The notes below the pieces were generated by a model. It ran no database searches and was not told where the DNA came from. It saw only the letters and a list, made by a program, of their open reading frames with translations. Positions 48,302-58,339 of a DNA stretch of 64,000 nt are shown here, in pieces (within the stretch, counting starts at the first letter, position 1; each line of letters starts with the position of its first letter). Origin of the DNA: an uncultured virus (IMG/VR IMGVR_UViG_3300042520_001628) (taxonomy: Duplodnaviria > Heunggongvirae > Uroviricota > Caudoviricetes); IMG/VR virus record IMGVR_UViG_3300042520_001628. One strand, written 5' to 3'. Both the position numbers and the translations under genes were made by a program.

Positions 48302-48874
48302 ATGGCAAACGGATTATCGGATTTTAGAAACAATTTCTTCGGGGTAAGACAAAACCGTTTTATGGTTAATTTTACCTTTCCCTCAGGAATAGGTACTGGT
48401 CTTGATTTAGATACAGCACAAACAATATATTGCAAAGCCACTCAAACCCCACCAAGTGCGATAGGTCAAATTCCAGTTATGTGGCAAGGAAGACCTGTTA
48501 AATTCTCTGGTGAAAGAGTTTATGGTGATTGGGCAATTGTTGTTTATGAAGCAGCGGGTAAGAAATCATCACACAACCTCAAAGCTGCGTTTGAGCGATG
48601 GATCAATAAAATGGATGAAAGAAATACCCATCAAATTAACTATAATGTAGTTACTAATTGGGATTTATATTATGATGATATTCAAACCTCAAGATCTGGT
48701 CAACCAGGACAGCTCCCAGGAAATTACAGTAAACACATTAAGTTAATTAATTGTTTCCCTACAGAAATTTCACCAGTGGATTTATCTTATGATACTGAAA
48801 ATACATTCGTTGAATTTACTGTGAATATGTCATTCGATTACTGGGAACCAATGACAACAGCAGCAGGATCATGA
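48302..48874 (+). CDS. 19: Tail tube protein gp19
   Basis: 'RQNRFMV', 'GRPVKFSGERVYGDW', 'FERW', 'FPTEISPVDLSYD...EFTV...DYW'. Confidence 0.93.
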   Translation: MANGLSDFRNNFFGVRQNRFMVNFTFPSGIGTGLDLDTAQTIYCKATQTPPSAIGQIPVMWQGRPVKFSGERVYGDWAIVVYEAAGKKSSHNLKAAFERWINKMDERNTHQINYNVVTNWDLYYDDIQTSRSGQPGQLPGNYSKHIKLINCFPTEISPVDLSYDTENTFVEFTVNMSFDYWEPMTTAAGS

Positions 48875-48886
48875 CCTATATAAATT

Positions 48887-50440
48887 ATGGACTTAAATTT
48901 ATTTGGCTTTTTATTTGGTAAAAAACAAAATGATCCTTTACAGTCAACTGTAGATGATCAGAAAACAACACCGTCTTTTGTTCCACCCGACGATTACGAT
49001 GGAAGTGTCGTAGTCGATGCGGGTGGTTTCTTATCAACTGTATTTGATTTTGGTGCTCAGTATAGAGATGAAAATGCTCTTATTCAGCAGTACAGATCAA
49101 TGTCTTTATACCCAGAAGTTGACTTGGCTATTGAAGATATAGTAAATGATTCTATTGTTTTTGATGATACCAAAAAATGTATAGAATTAAATCTAGACCA
49201 AGTAGCTTTATCTGAAAATATCAAATCCAAGATGTTTACAGAATATAAAAACATCTTAAAATTATTAAATTTTTCAAGTAATGGATATGAAATTTTTAGA
49301 CGCTGGTATATAGATGGTCGTCTTTATTATCATTGTATGATCGATATTAATCGACCAGAAAAAGGTATACAGGAGTTAAGACCAATTGATCCACTTAAGA
49401 TGCGAAAAGTACGCAAAGTGGAGAGAGAAAATCAAATAATTAATGGGGTACAGACTCCAATTGTTAAAAAAATTGATGAATATTATGTTTATACAGATAT
49501 AGATCCAGATGCTATTTTACCAACCTCAAATATTGGTATGAAGATAGCTGTGGATTCTGTTGCTTATGCTACTTCTGGTCTTGTCGATCACGCAAGCAAA
49601 AGAGTAATTAGTTATTTACATAAAGCCATACGTCCTCTAAACATGCTTAGACAAATAGAGGATGCTGTTGTAATTTATAGAATGTCTAGAGCACCAGAAC
49701 GAAGAGTATTTTATGTAGATGTTGGTTCTTTGCCAAAACAAAAGGCCGAACAATACATGAGAGAACTCATGAATCGTTATCGAAATAGATTAATCTATGA
49801 TCAAAAAACTGGTGAGATTAAAGACGATAGAAGCCATCTTTCGATGCTTGAAGATTACTGGATTCCTAGAAAAGAAGGAAACCGTAGTACCGAAATAACC
49901 ACTCTTGATGGTGGTCAAAATCTTGGTCAAATGGAAGATGTGGAATATCTTCAAAGAAAACTCTATAGAGCCTTGAATGTCCCGATCTCTCGTCTTGAGA
50001 CTTCTACTGGTTTTAATATGGGTAGAACCTCAGAAATCACTAGAGATGAGGTTAAATTCTATAAATTCATAGAAAGAATGCGCCATAAATTTGCGAATCT
50101 TTTCTTGGAATTATTGAAGAAACAATGCATTCTTAAAGGTATTTTGACCCAGAATGATTGGGAAAAAATATCACAGGATATCATCTTTAATTTTAACCGA
50201 GACTCATATTTCAATGATCTGAAGGAAAATGAAATTCTTCGTGAAAAGGTAGAAATGTTAAATGTAATGGCAAATTTCACAGGAACATTCTATTCTACAA
50301 ATTATATTCGTAAGAATATTCTTAAAATGACAGATCAGGAAATAGCCCAAATAGATCAGGAAATAGAAGTAGAAAGACGTAAGCAGTTAGAGCAACAGAT
50401 GCAGGCACAGGCAGCTATGCCACCTGAAGAACAGCAATGA
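48887..50440 (+). CDS. 20: Portal protein gp20
   Basis: 'FRRWYIDGR', 'EDAVVIYRMSRAPERRVFYVDVG', 'MLEDYWIPR', 'ITRDEVKF'. Confidence 0.98.
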   Translation: MDLNLFGFLFGKKQNDPLQSTVDDQKTTPSFVPPDDYDGSVVVDAGGFLSTVFDFGAQYRDENALIQQYRSMSLYPEVDLAIEDIVNDSIVFDDTKKCIELNLDQVALSENIKSKMFTEYKNILKLLNFSSNGYEIFRRWYIDGRLYYHCMIDINRPEKGIQELRPIDPLKMRKVRKVERENQIINGVQTPIVKKIDEYYVYTDIDPDAILPTSNIGMKIAVDSVAYATSGLVDHASKRVISYLHKAIRPLNMLRQIEDAVVIYRMSRAPERRVFYVDVGSLPKQKAEQYMRELMNRYRNRLIYDQKTGEIKDDRSHLSMLEDYWIPRKEGNRSTEITTLDGGQNLGQMEDVEYLQRKLYRALNVPISRLETSTGFNMGRTSEITRDEVKFYKFIERMRHKFANLFLELLKKQCILKGILTQNDWEKISQDIIFNFNRDSYFNDLKENEILREKVEMLNVMANFTGTFYSTNYIRKNILKMTDQEIAQIDQEIEVERRKQLEQQMQAQAAMPPEEQQ

Positions 50441-50661
50441 AAGTTTATTTTTATGATAAAGAAACCTTGAAAAAAGAGCTTAGAAATAAATCAAATAAAG
50501 CTCTTATGGTTAGATTTAAAGGTCATACACAGGTTTCTATACCAAAAAATATATTAGAAATTATTCAAAATTTGTCAAAAAAAGATAGAACTTTTATAAA
50601 AAAACTACTTTCTAGTGAAAATAATTTCATTTTCTTTTTGACAAATTTCATAAAAAAATAA
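50437..50661 (+). CDS. Small basic hypothetical protein
   Basis: 74-aa ORF overlapping the portal stop (ATGA). Confidence 0.55.
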   Translation: MKVYFYDKETLKKELRNKSNKALMVRFKGHTQVSIPKNILEIIQNLSKKDRTFIKKLLSSENNFIFFLTNFIKK

Positions 50662-50684
50662 ATAAAAATACGGAGAATATAAAA

Positions 50685-51191
50685 ATGAAACCATTAAACG
50701 AAGCAGTGATACATTTAATTAATGAAGATGTTGTAAATGCCAAGAAACTTATCGAAAACGAACTTTACATTCGTCTAGGGACTATTCTTGAAGAAAAATT
50801 AAAGAATTATGCACCAACAATCTTTACTGAAAAAATGGCAGCTAAAGATTACGATGGTGATAAGAAGATTGAAACATCAGAACAAGAATTTCTAGGTTCT
50901 AGAGATAAGGCAATCAAAAAATCAATGCAATCTAAATCAATGAAAGCTAAATCGATGAAAGAATCAATTGAAGAATCTGAGGATGATCTCCTTGAAGAAG
51001 ATGCTTTTATCGAAGAATTGCAAGCACTTGTCGAATCAATAGAAAATGATATTGGTGAAGAACTCACCGAATCTGAAATCGAAGAACTTGCAAATATTTT
51101 ATTAGAAGAGAGTGATCCAGATGAAGACGAGGAAGAAGATTTCGAAGAAGATTTTGAAGAAGAAGACTACGAAGAAGAAGAAACCAAATAA
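50685..51191 (+). CDS. Prohead core protein (gp67/gp68-like position), highly acidic C-terminus
   Basis: GGAG SD; between portal and protease; many (I/L)xE candidate protease sites; 'KDYDGDKKIE' motif. Confidence 0.6.
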   Translation: MKPLNEAVIHLINEDVVNAKKLIENELYIRLGTILEEKLKNYAPTIFTEKMAAKDYDGDKKIETSEQEFLGSRDKAIKKSMQSKSMKAKSMKESIEESEDDLLEEDAFIEELQALVESIENDIGEELTESEIEELANILLEESDPDEDEEEDFEEDFEEEDYEEEETK

Positions 51192-51202
51192 AGGAAATAA
51201 AA

Positions 51203-51850
51203 ATGCTTTTAATAAAAGAAAATAATGATTCAGATATCGTAATCTCTGAAGGTGTAGATAACGGTGCAAAATCATGGTTTATTGAAGGCAAAATGATTCA
51301 ATGCAATAAACCAAATAAAAACAACCGTATGTACGTTACAGAACATATGGATGCTGAGGTTTCACGATATACCCAAAATTACATTAAAGAAAATAGAGCT
51401 TTGGGTGAGTTAAATCACCCACCAACCGCTGATATCGATCTTTCAAGAGTTTCCCATAAAATAGTTAAATTGGAAAGAAATGGTAATGATTTTTACGGAA
51501 AAGCAAAAATCTTATCATCTACCCCAATGGGAAATATTGCTGAGAATTTAATCAAAGAAGGCGTTAAACTCGGTGTTTCTACGAGAGGGTTAGGTTCTTT
51601 GGTCAAAATGAATGGATACAACCAAGTGCAGCCAGATTTTAAACTTGTTGCAGTTGACTTGGTATCAGATCCATCAGCTCAGGATGCCTATGTAATGGCT
51701 CTTAGAGAAGGTAAAGAATGGGTATGGGCCAATGAATTTTTGCCAGAAGGTCAAGTAAATCAACAATATAAAGCTTTAAAAAAGGCAAGCAGCAAAAAAT
51801 TAGAAGAAACAGCTGCTAAAATTTTTAAAGATTTTATGCGTTCATTATAA
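51203..51850 (+). CDS. 21: Prohead protease gp21
   Basis: 'RALGELNHP', 'VSHKI', 'LGVSTRGLGSL', 'DLVSDPSA'. Confidence 0.96.
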   Translation: MLLIKENNDSDIVISEGVDNGAKSWFIEGKMIQCNKPNKNNRMYVTEHMDAEVSRYTQNYIKENRALGELNHPPTADIDLSRVSHKIVKLERNGNDFYGKAKILSSTPMGNIAENLIKEGVKLGVSTRGLGSLVKMNGYNQVQPDFKLVAVDLVSDPSAQDAYVMALREGKEWVWANEFLPEGQVNQQYKALKKASSKKLEETAAKIFKDFMRSL

Positions 51851-51902
51851 GTGGAAAAATAATTTTTGCTAAATAATAATATAATAATTTAATGGAGAAT
51901 AT

Positions 51903-52901
51903 ATGAAACAAAAGAAAGCAGTTTTCGCAGCAAATGGAGCAGGAACAAGCACTGAAACTGGGTTTGAACCTCAAGATGCTGGGACCGAAGTTATTCCAGA
52001 TGGAACAGCACAAAGAAACATGGCATCACTAAGACCAGGTGGTGGTATTTCTGGTATGTTGGTAATGAAATCAAAATCAGGTACAGCAATGTATCCAGAA
52101 CAAGATAGTGAAGAAGATGAGAGTGATATGGAAGAACAAAAAGAATCCGTAGAACTTGATATCTCCGATTTTGCAAATGCTCTTTTTGAGGGTGAAGAAT
52201 TATCAGAATCCTTCAAACAAAAATGCATTGCAATTTTTGAAGCAGCCGTCAATGAAAAAGTTTCAGTAATGGAACAAGCCATGATTGAAGCTTCAAAGAA
52301 GATTATAGAAGAGCAAGTCGCTTCTTCAGTTGAAACAATCACTGAAGGTGTTGACAAGTATCTCACCTATGTCTGTGAAGAATGGCTCAATGAAAATCGT
52401 CTTGCTGCTGAACAAGGCATGAAGACTGAAATTGTTGAGAACTTTATTCACGGTCTTAAGGATCTCTTTGAGAATAGCTTCATTGATGTTCCAGATGAAA
52501 AATATAACGTCGTTGATGAACTCTTCGAAGCCAACAGCGAACTTGAATCAAAACTCAATGCACAAATTAATGAGAACATTGAACTCAAGAATACTTTAAT
52601 TGCTCATCAATGCGCCGAAGCATTCGTTCAGGAATCATCTGGTTTAGCTGATACAGAAATTGAAAAACTAGCCTCACTCGCTGAAGGTATTGAGTTCTCA
52701 ACCGTAGCCCAATATAGAGAAAAAGTAAAATTACTTCGTGAATCATATTTCAATGGTTCAGAACAATTTAATTCTCAACTTGATGAACATGTTTCATCAC
52801 CAACCCAACCAATTGTAGAGTCTGGAAGTGATATGGATTATATCGTCCGTTCAATTTCAGAACAAGTTAAAAACTCAAATTACAAAGTTAAGAAGTCTTA
52901 A
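51903..52901 (+). CDS. 22: Prohead scaffold gp22
   Basis: 'ELSESFK....IFEAAV', 'VDKYLTYV.EEWL.EN..A', 'FI.GLKDLFE'. Confidence 0.93.
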   Translation: MKQKKAVFAANGAGTSTETGFEPQDAGTEVIPDGTAQRNMASLRPGGGISGMLVMKSKSGTAMYPEQDSEEDESDMEEQKESVELDISDFANALFEGEELSESFKQKCIAIFEAAVNEKVSVMEQAMIEASKKIIEEQVASSVETITEGVDKYLTYVCEEWLNENRLAAEQGMKTEIVENFIHGLKDLFENSFIDVPDEKYNVVDELFEANSELESKLNAQINENIELKNTLIAHQCAEAFVQESSGLADTEIEKLASLAEGIEFSTVAQYREKVKLLRESYFNGSEQFNSQLDEHVSSPTQPIVESGSDMDYIVRSISEQVKNSNYKVKKS

Positions 52902-52913
52902 AAAATAAAAAAT

Positions 52914-52921
52914 TATAAATA
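52914..52921 (+). promoter_or_regulatory. T4-type late promoter for gene 23
   Basis: TATAAATA then AGGAG SD. Confidence 0.8.
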
Positions 52922-52942
52922 AAAAAGTATAGGAGAAAATAA

Positions 52943-54367
52943 ATGGACTTTAATAGCGTTACACCCTACGACACACTTTTAGAAAAATGGAATGCGGTCA
53001 TAGATCATCCAGATCTTCCCAACATCGATGATGTTTATCGTAAGAAGACAACCGCAGTTCTTCTTGAAAATCAAAGAAAAGCACTCAGAGAGCAAGCTGG
53101 TTTCTTAACCGAAGCTCCAACAAATGCAATGAATGCTGGTGGTTTTGCAAGTACATCAGTTGCTGGTGCAAACTCAGCACTTCAAGGTTACGATCCAATT
53201 CTCATTAGCCTTGTTCGTAGAGCAATGCCAAATGTCGTTGCATATGATGTCGCTGGCGTTCAGCCAATGACCGCACCAACTGGTCTTATCTTTGCAATGA
53301 GAGCAAGATATGATGGTCAAAATGGTCTAGAAGCAATGTATGATGAACCAATCGCTTCATTCTCAGGTGTTTCTGGTGCTACTGGTATTGATCCTAATGG
53401 TTATTCTGGTGGTTATACCTATTCAAACCCACTTGGCGCAGCTGGTGGTACTGGATGGACTAATGTTACAGCATTAAGAACAAATCAATTTAATTTCTTC
53501 CGTGGTTTCTTGACTGGTCAAGCAGAAAATCTTTCAAGTGGTCCACAAAGTACATCTGCTGGTATAGCAACTGGTTTCCGTGAAATGGCATTCAGCATTG
53601 AACGTGTCGCTGTAGAAGCTCGTACACGTGCTCTCAAGGCAGAATACACCACAGAACTTGCACAAGATCTCAAAGCAGTTCACGGTCTTGATGCAGAATC
53701 AGAACTCGCAAATATTCTCTCAGTTGAAATTCTCAACGAAATCAATAGAGAAATCATTCGCGCAGTCTACGCTTCGGCTAAAGCTGGTGCTCAACAATCA
53801 GATCTTTCTAAAGCAGGCGATTATAGCCTTGTATCAGACTCTGATGGTCGTTGGTCAGCAGAGCGTTATCGTGGTCTTATGTACCAAATCGAACGCGAAG
53901 CAAACGTAATTGCTAAAGAAACTCGTAGAGGTAAGGGTAACTTTATTCTTTGCAGTGCAGATGTTGCATCAGCACTTGCAATGGGTGGATTCCTCAATCT
54001 CTCACCAGCACTCAATGTTCAAATGAATGTTGATGATACTGGTAACGTGTTTGCTGGTGTTCTTAACGGTAAATTTAAGGTTTATATCGATCCGTTCGTT
54101 CCAGCTGGCGTTGATTTCGTCTGTGTTGGTTATAAGGGTCAATCACCATATGATGCTGGTATGTTCTACTGCCCATACGTTCCTCTCCAAATGGTACGTG
54201 CAGTTGGTGAAAATACCTTCCAGCCAAAGATCGGCTTCAAGACTCGCTACGGCATGGTTGCAAATCCATTCGCTGGTGGTCGTACCGCTAATGTTGGTCT
54301 TGGTGATGGTCTAAACACCTACTACCGTCTATTCCGTGTTATTGATCTTCACGGTAACTCAGCCTGA
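52943..54367 (+). CDS. 23: Major capsid protein gp23
   Basis: 'LISLVRRAMPN', 'GVQPMTAPTGLIFAMR', 'RALKAEYTTELAQDLKAVHGLDAE', 'FQPKIGFKTRYG'. Confidence 0.99.
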   Translation: MDFNSVTPYDTLLEKWNAVIDHPDLPNIDDVYRKKTTAVLLENQRKALREQAGFLTEAPTNAMNAGGFASTSVAGANSALQGYDPILISLVRRAMPNVVAYDVAGVQPMTAPTGLIFAMRARYDGQNGLEAMYDEPIASFSGVSGATGIDPNGYSGGYTYSNPLGAAGGTGWTNVTALRTNQFNFFRGFLTGQAENLSSGPQSTSAGIATGFREMAFSIERVAVEARTRALKAEYTTELAQDLKAVHGLDAESELANILSVEILNEINREIIRAVYASAKAGAQQSDLSKAGDYSLVSDSDGRWSAERYRGLMYQIEREANVIAKETRRGKGNFILCSADVASALAMGGFLNLSPALNVQMNVDDTGNVFAGVLNGKFKVYIDPFVPAGVDFVCVGYKGQSPYDAGMFYCPYVPLQMVRAVGENTFQPKIGFKTRYGMVANPFAGGRTANVGLGDGLNTYYRLFRVIDLHGNSA

Positions 54368-54394
54368 TAATCAGGACTGATTGAAAAAATAAAA

Positions 54395-54431
54395 GCAAAG
54401 GGTTGGGTAAAACCAACCCTTTGTTATTTTT
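54395..54431 (+). terminator. Intrinsic terminator after gene 23
   Basis: GCAAAGGGTTGG-GTAAAA-CCAACCCTTTGT stem followed by TATTTTT. Confidence 0.85.
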
Positions 54432-54438
54432 ATAAATA
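54431..54438 (+). promoter_or_regulatory. T4-type late promoter for gene 3
   Basis: TATAAATA 5 nt before ATG 54444. Confidence 0.8.
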
Positions 54439-54443
54439 TTGGT

Positions 54444-54998
54444 ATGGGATTTAATAATATACCAGATTCTGTTAAACAATATTTACCTGGAGATTTTTTA
54501 ACATCAAATCCATCTATTCCAGTAAATACTAATTTTTTAACCAATAATAAATTTATTTTTATTCTTGATCGATGTCCTACATTAGTATATTTTTGCCAAA
54601 GAGCCAACGTACCATCCGTATCTTTGGGTATTTCTATACAGAATACTCCAACAGCAATTCAAATACAAAGACCTGGTACAAATGTTACTTTAGAAGAATT
54701 TCAAGTTGGATTTGCTATCGATGAGGATTTATTAAATTGGCGAGAGATTCATGATTGGATAAAAGCAATAACATATTATGGAAATAATTGTTCAATTCTT
54801 AAAGAAGAACAACAAACTTCAAATGCTTCGCTATTGATCCTAAATAGTTCATATAGACCATTTTTAAAAGTCAGATTCTATGATATTTTCCCAACTTTCT
54901 TAAGTGGTATTGATTTTGATACAACATTACCAGATACAGATAATATTATTGCTTCTGTAAATTTTGCGTATTCTTATTTTGACTTAGAAACTCTTTAA
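54444..54998 (+). CDS. 3: Tail completion protein gp3
   Basis: 'NFL....F.F', 'YFCQRANVP', 'F.IDEDL.NW.EIHDWI', 'FP..LS...FD'. Confidence 0.9.
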   Translation: MGFNNIPDSVKQYLPGDFLTSNPSIPVNTNFLTNNKFIFILDRCPTLVYFCQRANVPSVSLGISIQNTPTAIQIQRPGTNVTLEEFQVGFAIDEDLLNWREIHDWIKAITYYGNNCSILKEEQQTSNASLLILNSSYRPFLKVRFYDIFPTFLSGIDFDTTLPDTDNIIASVNFAYSYFDLETL

Positions 54999-55016
54999 TT
55001 ATATAATTTTTTTATT

Positions 55017-55454
55017 ATGACTATAAATGAATTGAAAAAATTAGTAGAAAAAGATCTTGAGATTGATTCAACAGAGTTAGGATCTGAAGCATTAAGATCA
55101 CCACAATTACATAATAAGTATTTGTGTTTTTTACTTGATGAAAAACATAATCTAAATCTTATGGAATCAATCTTAAAAATTACAGAAAAAGATAAATGGC
55201 TTTACTATACAGGTAAAATGAGTGAAGAAGATCTCAAAAAACATAATTGGGAACCCTTTGACCTTGCAGTTATAAAACAAGATGTTGACCGTTTTATAGA
55301 AGCTGATAAACAGTATTCTGATATCAAAATCAAAGTTGAACAGCAACGAGAAAAGGTAAATTACTTAGAAAATGTCATTAAGATAATGTCCAATCGTGGA
55401 TGGAATATCAAATCTGCCATTGAGTGGGTTAAATTTACTCAAGGTCTTTCATGA
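55017..55454 (+). CDS. uvsY: Recombination mediator UvsY
   Basis: 'D..ID..EL..E.L..PQLH.KY', 'WLYYTGK', 'R.W.IKSAIEW.KF'. Confidence 0.93.
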   Translation: MTINELKKLVEKDLEIDSTELGSEALRSPQLHNKYLCFLLDEKHNLNLMESILKITEKDKWLYYTGKMSEEDLKKHNWEPFDLAVIKQDVDRFIEADKQYSDIKIKVEQQREKVNYLENVIKIMSNRGWNIKSAIEWVKFTQGLS

Positions 55455-56911
55455 TTGAAATAGAAAAAGTAGATGAAAGTTTTATAAAAATAAAATGCGA
55501 AGAAGATATCGCACGAGAACTTTCATCCTTTTTCACATTTAAAGTACCAAATCATGAGTATTCACCAGCCTATAGAAAAAAGAAGTGGGATGGTAAAATT
55601 AGATTATTTAATTTGGGATCTAAGACAATATACGCTGGTTTATTAGACTACATAATCAAATTTCTTGAAGAAAGAAATTACTCATATCAGATAAATTTTG
55701 ATCAATGTAGGATAGAAGAATCTTCTATTGATGAATGGATTTCTCAGCAAAAAATTTATTCAAATAAAAAAGAATTGAAACCACATGATTATCAAATAGA
55801 TGCCATTAAAAAAGCACTAACAAAGCAAAGAATATTACTTCTTTCACCAACTGGTAGTGGAAAATCATTAATAATTTATCTAATATTAAAATATCTTTTA
55901 GAAAAAGATCAAAAAAAATATTTAATTGTAGTACCAACAACTGGTCTTGTAAATCAATTATATAATGATTTTGCTGATTATTCAAATAAAGATGTAAAAT
56001 TTTTACAAAAAATTCATACAATTTTTGCTGGTAAAGAAAAAATAACAACAAAAAGAATTATTATATCTACGTGGCAAAGTATTTTTAAAGAGCCAGAGTC
56101 ATTTTTTAATGAATTCGATGGAATCTTTGGTGATGAATGTCATTTATTCAAAGCAAAATCTTTATCTTTACTTGTTCGTAAAATGAAGCAAACAAAATAC
56201 CGTATAGGAACTACAGGTACACTAGATAATACAGAAGCTCATAAACTAATTATAGAGGGTTTATTTGGTAGGTCTTATGCAGTAACTACAACCAAAGAAT
56301 TAATTGATGATAATATCTTATCAAAATTAAATATTAATAACATATTATTGTCTTATAACCAATTTCCAAAAAAACCATTATATGCACAAGAAATAGAATG
56401 GTTAATTACAAATGAATATAGAAATAATTTTATAGCTGATTTAGCATCTAAAATTAAAGGTAATGTTCTTGTACTCTATAATTTTGTAGAAAAACATGGT
56501 ATTCCTCTTTATACTAAGATAAAACAAAAGAATAAAAAAGATGTTTTTCAAATTCATGGAAAAACTGATATAGAAGAACGAGAACTAATAAGAAATATTG
56601 TTAATAATCATACCAATAGTGTTCTTGTTGCATCTTACGGAACATGTAGCACTGGTATTAATATTAAAAATATCAATGCTATTATTTTTGCTTCTCCCTC
56701 TAAATCAGTTGTGCGCGTCTTACAATCAATCGGTCGAGGATTAAGAAAATCTGAAACCAAAGATAATGTTGTAGTATACGATATTAGTGATGATTTACAC
56801 TATAAATCATATCGAAACCATACGCTAAGACATATGGATGAGCGTTTGACCATATATAATAATGAGAAGTTCACATATAAAACTATAAAAGTGAAGCTAG
56901 GAGACATATGA
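55451..56911 (+). CDS. uvsW: SF2 helicase UvsW
   Basis: 'WDGKIRLF', 'SPTGSGKS', 'DECH', 'GTTGT', 'QSIGRGLR'. Confidence 0.97.
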   Translation: MIEIEKVDESFIKIKCEEDIARELSSFFTFKVPNHEYSPAYRKKKWDGKIRLFNLGSKTIYAGLLDYIIKFLEERNYSYQINFDQCRIEESSIDEWISQQKIYSNKKELKPHDYQIDAIKKALTKQRILLLSPTGSGKSLIIYLILKYLLEKDQKKYLIVVPTTGLVNQLYNDFADYSNKDVKFLQKIHTIFAGKEKITTKRIIISTWQSIFKEPESFFNEFDGIFGDECHLFKAKSLSLLVRKMKQTKYRIGTTGTLDNTEAHKLIIEGLFGRSYAVTTTKELIDDNILSKLNINNILLSYNQFPKKPLYAQEIEWLITNEYRNNFIADLASKIKGNVLVLYNFVEKHGIPLYTKIKQKNKKDVFQIHGKTDIEERELIRNIVNNHTNSVLVASYGTCSTGINIKNINAIIFASPSKSVVRVLQSIGRGLRKSETKDNVVVYDISDDLHYKSYRNHTLRHMDERLTIYNNEKFTYKTIKVKLGDI

Positions 56912-57636
56912 ACAAGAATACAAAAATCTTCAAACTAGTTAGTGGTGAAGAAATAATTGGTAATCTTTTAAATAATGACAGTGATTCTGTTCTTAAAATT
57001 GAAAATCCTATGGTTTTTAAAACAGCAACTATGTTGGACACAAGAGGTGTGCCACACGATGTTACAATCTTAAAGGATTGGATGTATCGATCAGATGAAA
57101 AAATAGCAGATCTACCGAAAGAACAAATTTCAATTTTATTCAATCCAAACGAAAAAACTTTAGAATTATATAAAATTGAAATATCTAAAAATGACACATC
57201 ATCCCAAAAAATTCTTGATACAGATGAATTAAAAAATAATTTTGTGAATCCTCTTGATAATATTATGGATTCTTTTATGAATAATTTGACAGATCTTGCT
57301 AGACAGGAACCATCAAGAAAAAGACGTAAATCTAAAAAGAGAAGACCACCACCAGAACAAGATGAAATATCACTAGAAGCCTTAATTCCAGACGAACTTA
57401 AGGAAAGACCTATGATTTATCTTTCTATGGTCATACCACCAGAGTGTATAATGAATTTACTAACCGCTGGTATTTTAGATCCAGAACAATTATTAGAAAT
57501 AATTGAAGAAGTAAAGAAAAAAAATAATTTTACTGGTGATGAGAAGAAGAGAGAAGATTTTGGTAATAAGTTATCTGATTGGAATCCAGATCCAAAATCT
57601 GCTGATTATAATGAAGAGGATCCACTAGATTCTTGA
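56908..57636 (+). CDS. Conserved hypothetical protein after uvsW (Sm-like N-terminus)
   Basis: 'KIFKLVSGEEIIG...IENP' N-terminus; basic and acidic C-terminal segments. Confidence 0.65.
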   Translation: MNKNTKIFKLVSGEEIIGNLLNNDSDSVLKIENPMVFKTATMLDTRGVPHDVTILKDWMYRSDEKIADLPKEQISILFNPNEKTLELYKIEISKNDTSSQKILDTDELKNNFVNPLDNIMDSFMNNLTDLARQEPSRKRRKSKKRRPPPEQDEISLEALIPDELKERPMIYLSMVIPPECIMNLLTAGILDPEQLLEIIEEVKKKNNFTGDEKKREDFGNKLSDWNPDPKSADYNEEDPLDS

Positions 57637-57695
57637 TTACTTACTATTAGTAACTAAGTATGTTTACTTTATCCCTTTCTCTCCCCACAAGGGGA

Positions 57696-57723
57696 ATTAT
57701 AATAGACTTTTAAAAACTGTCAA
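57696..57723 (-). promoter_or_regulatory. Consensus sigma70 promoter on the minus strand (antisense)
   Basis: TTGACA (57723-57718), 16 nt, TATAAT (57701-57696). Confidence 0.6.
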
Positions 57724-57731
57724 GTAAAAAC

Positions 57732-57759
57732 TTGAAATTTTACAGGAATCTGTTATAAT
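57732..57759 (+). promoter_or_regulatory. Sigma70-type promoter for gene 55
   Basis: TTGAAA, 16 nt, TATAAT with extended TG. Confidence 0.7.
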
Positions 57760-57775
57760 GAAAGAGGAGTACAAA

Positions 57776-58339
57776 ATGGCAGAAGATATAGTAGAAAAAG
57801 AATTAAAATCATTAAGACATTACGTTGATAACCAAAAATTCCTTAAATCCATGAATGAATGGAAAAAGGAAGTCAAAAAGGCCGAAAAGAAAGGTCAGAA
57901 GCGACCCCCGGTAACGGATTATATAGCAGAATGCTTTATAATGATCGCTGAACATCTTTCTCAACGGCCTAATTTTATTAATTATCCTTTTAGAGAAGAT
58001 ATGGTTGGTGATGGTATAGAAAATTGTATAGCATACGCTCACAATTTTGATTCAGAGAAATCATCAAATCCATTCTCATATTTTACACAAATAATTTATT
58101 ACGCTTTTTTGCGTCGAATAGAAAGAGAAAAGAAACAATCTTTCATAAAATATAAATGCTTACAGATGAATGATGTTGATGGAAAATTTGTAGATTGGCT
58201 ACAAAATAATCAAGGATCATCTACTTTTGGTGAATTTCTTCAACACACATTTTTCTTATCTGAAAACGATATAGAAAAAATGGAAGCCAAAGAAAAAGTA
58301 AAGAAAAAACGTGGTAAAAAATCAAAAAAGAAATCATGA
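57776..58339 (+). CDS. 55: Late sigma factor gp55
   Basis: GAGGAG SD; 'HYVDN..F', 'PNFINY.FREDM.GDGIENC', 'NPFSYFTQIIYYAFLRRI..EKKQ'. Confidence 0.97.
   Translation: MAEDIVEKELKSLRHYVDNQKFLKSMNEWKKEVKKAEKKGQKRPPVTDYIAECFIMIAEHLSQRPNFINYPFREDMVGDGIENCIAYAHNFDSEKSSNPFSYFTQIIYYAFLRRIEREKKQSFIKYKCLQMNDVDGKFVDWLQNNQGSSTFGEFLQHTFFLSENDIEKMEAKEKVKKKRGKKSKKKS

Noticed and set aside
51110..51185. GAAGAAGA tandem repeats
   Set aside because: Encode the acidic tail of the prohead core protein; not a separate element
54367..54444. Absence of gp24 vertex gene after gp23 as a novelty
   Set aside because: Common in marine and freshwater T4-like phages
45319..56911. Inteins or introns in terminase, portal, capsid or UvsW
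   Set aside because: Lengths and motif spacing are normal and uninterrupted
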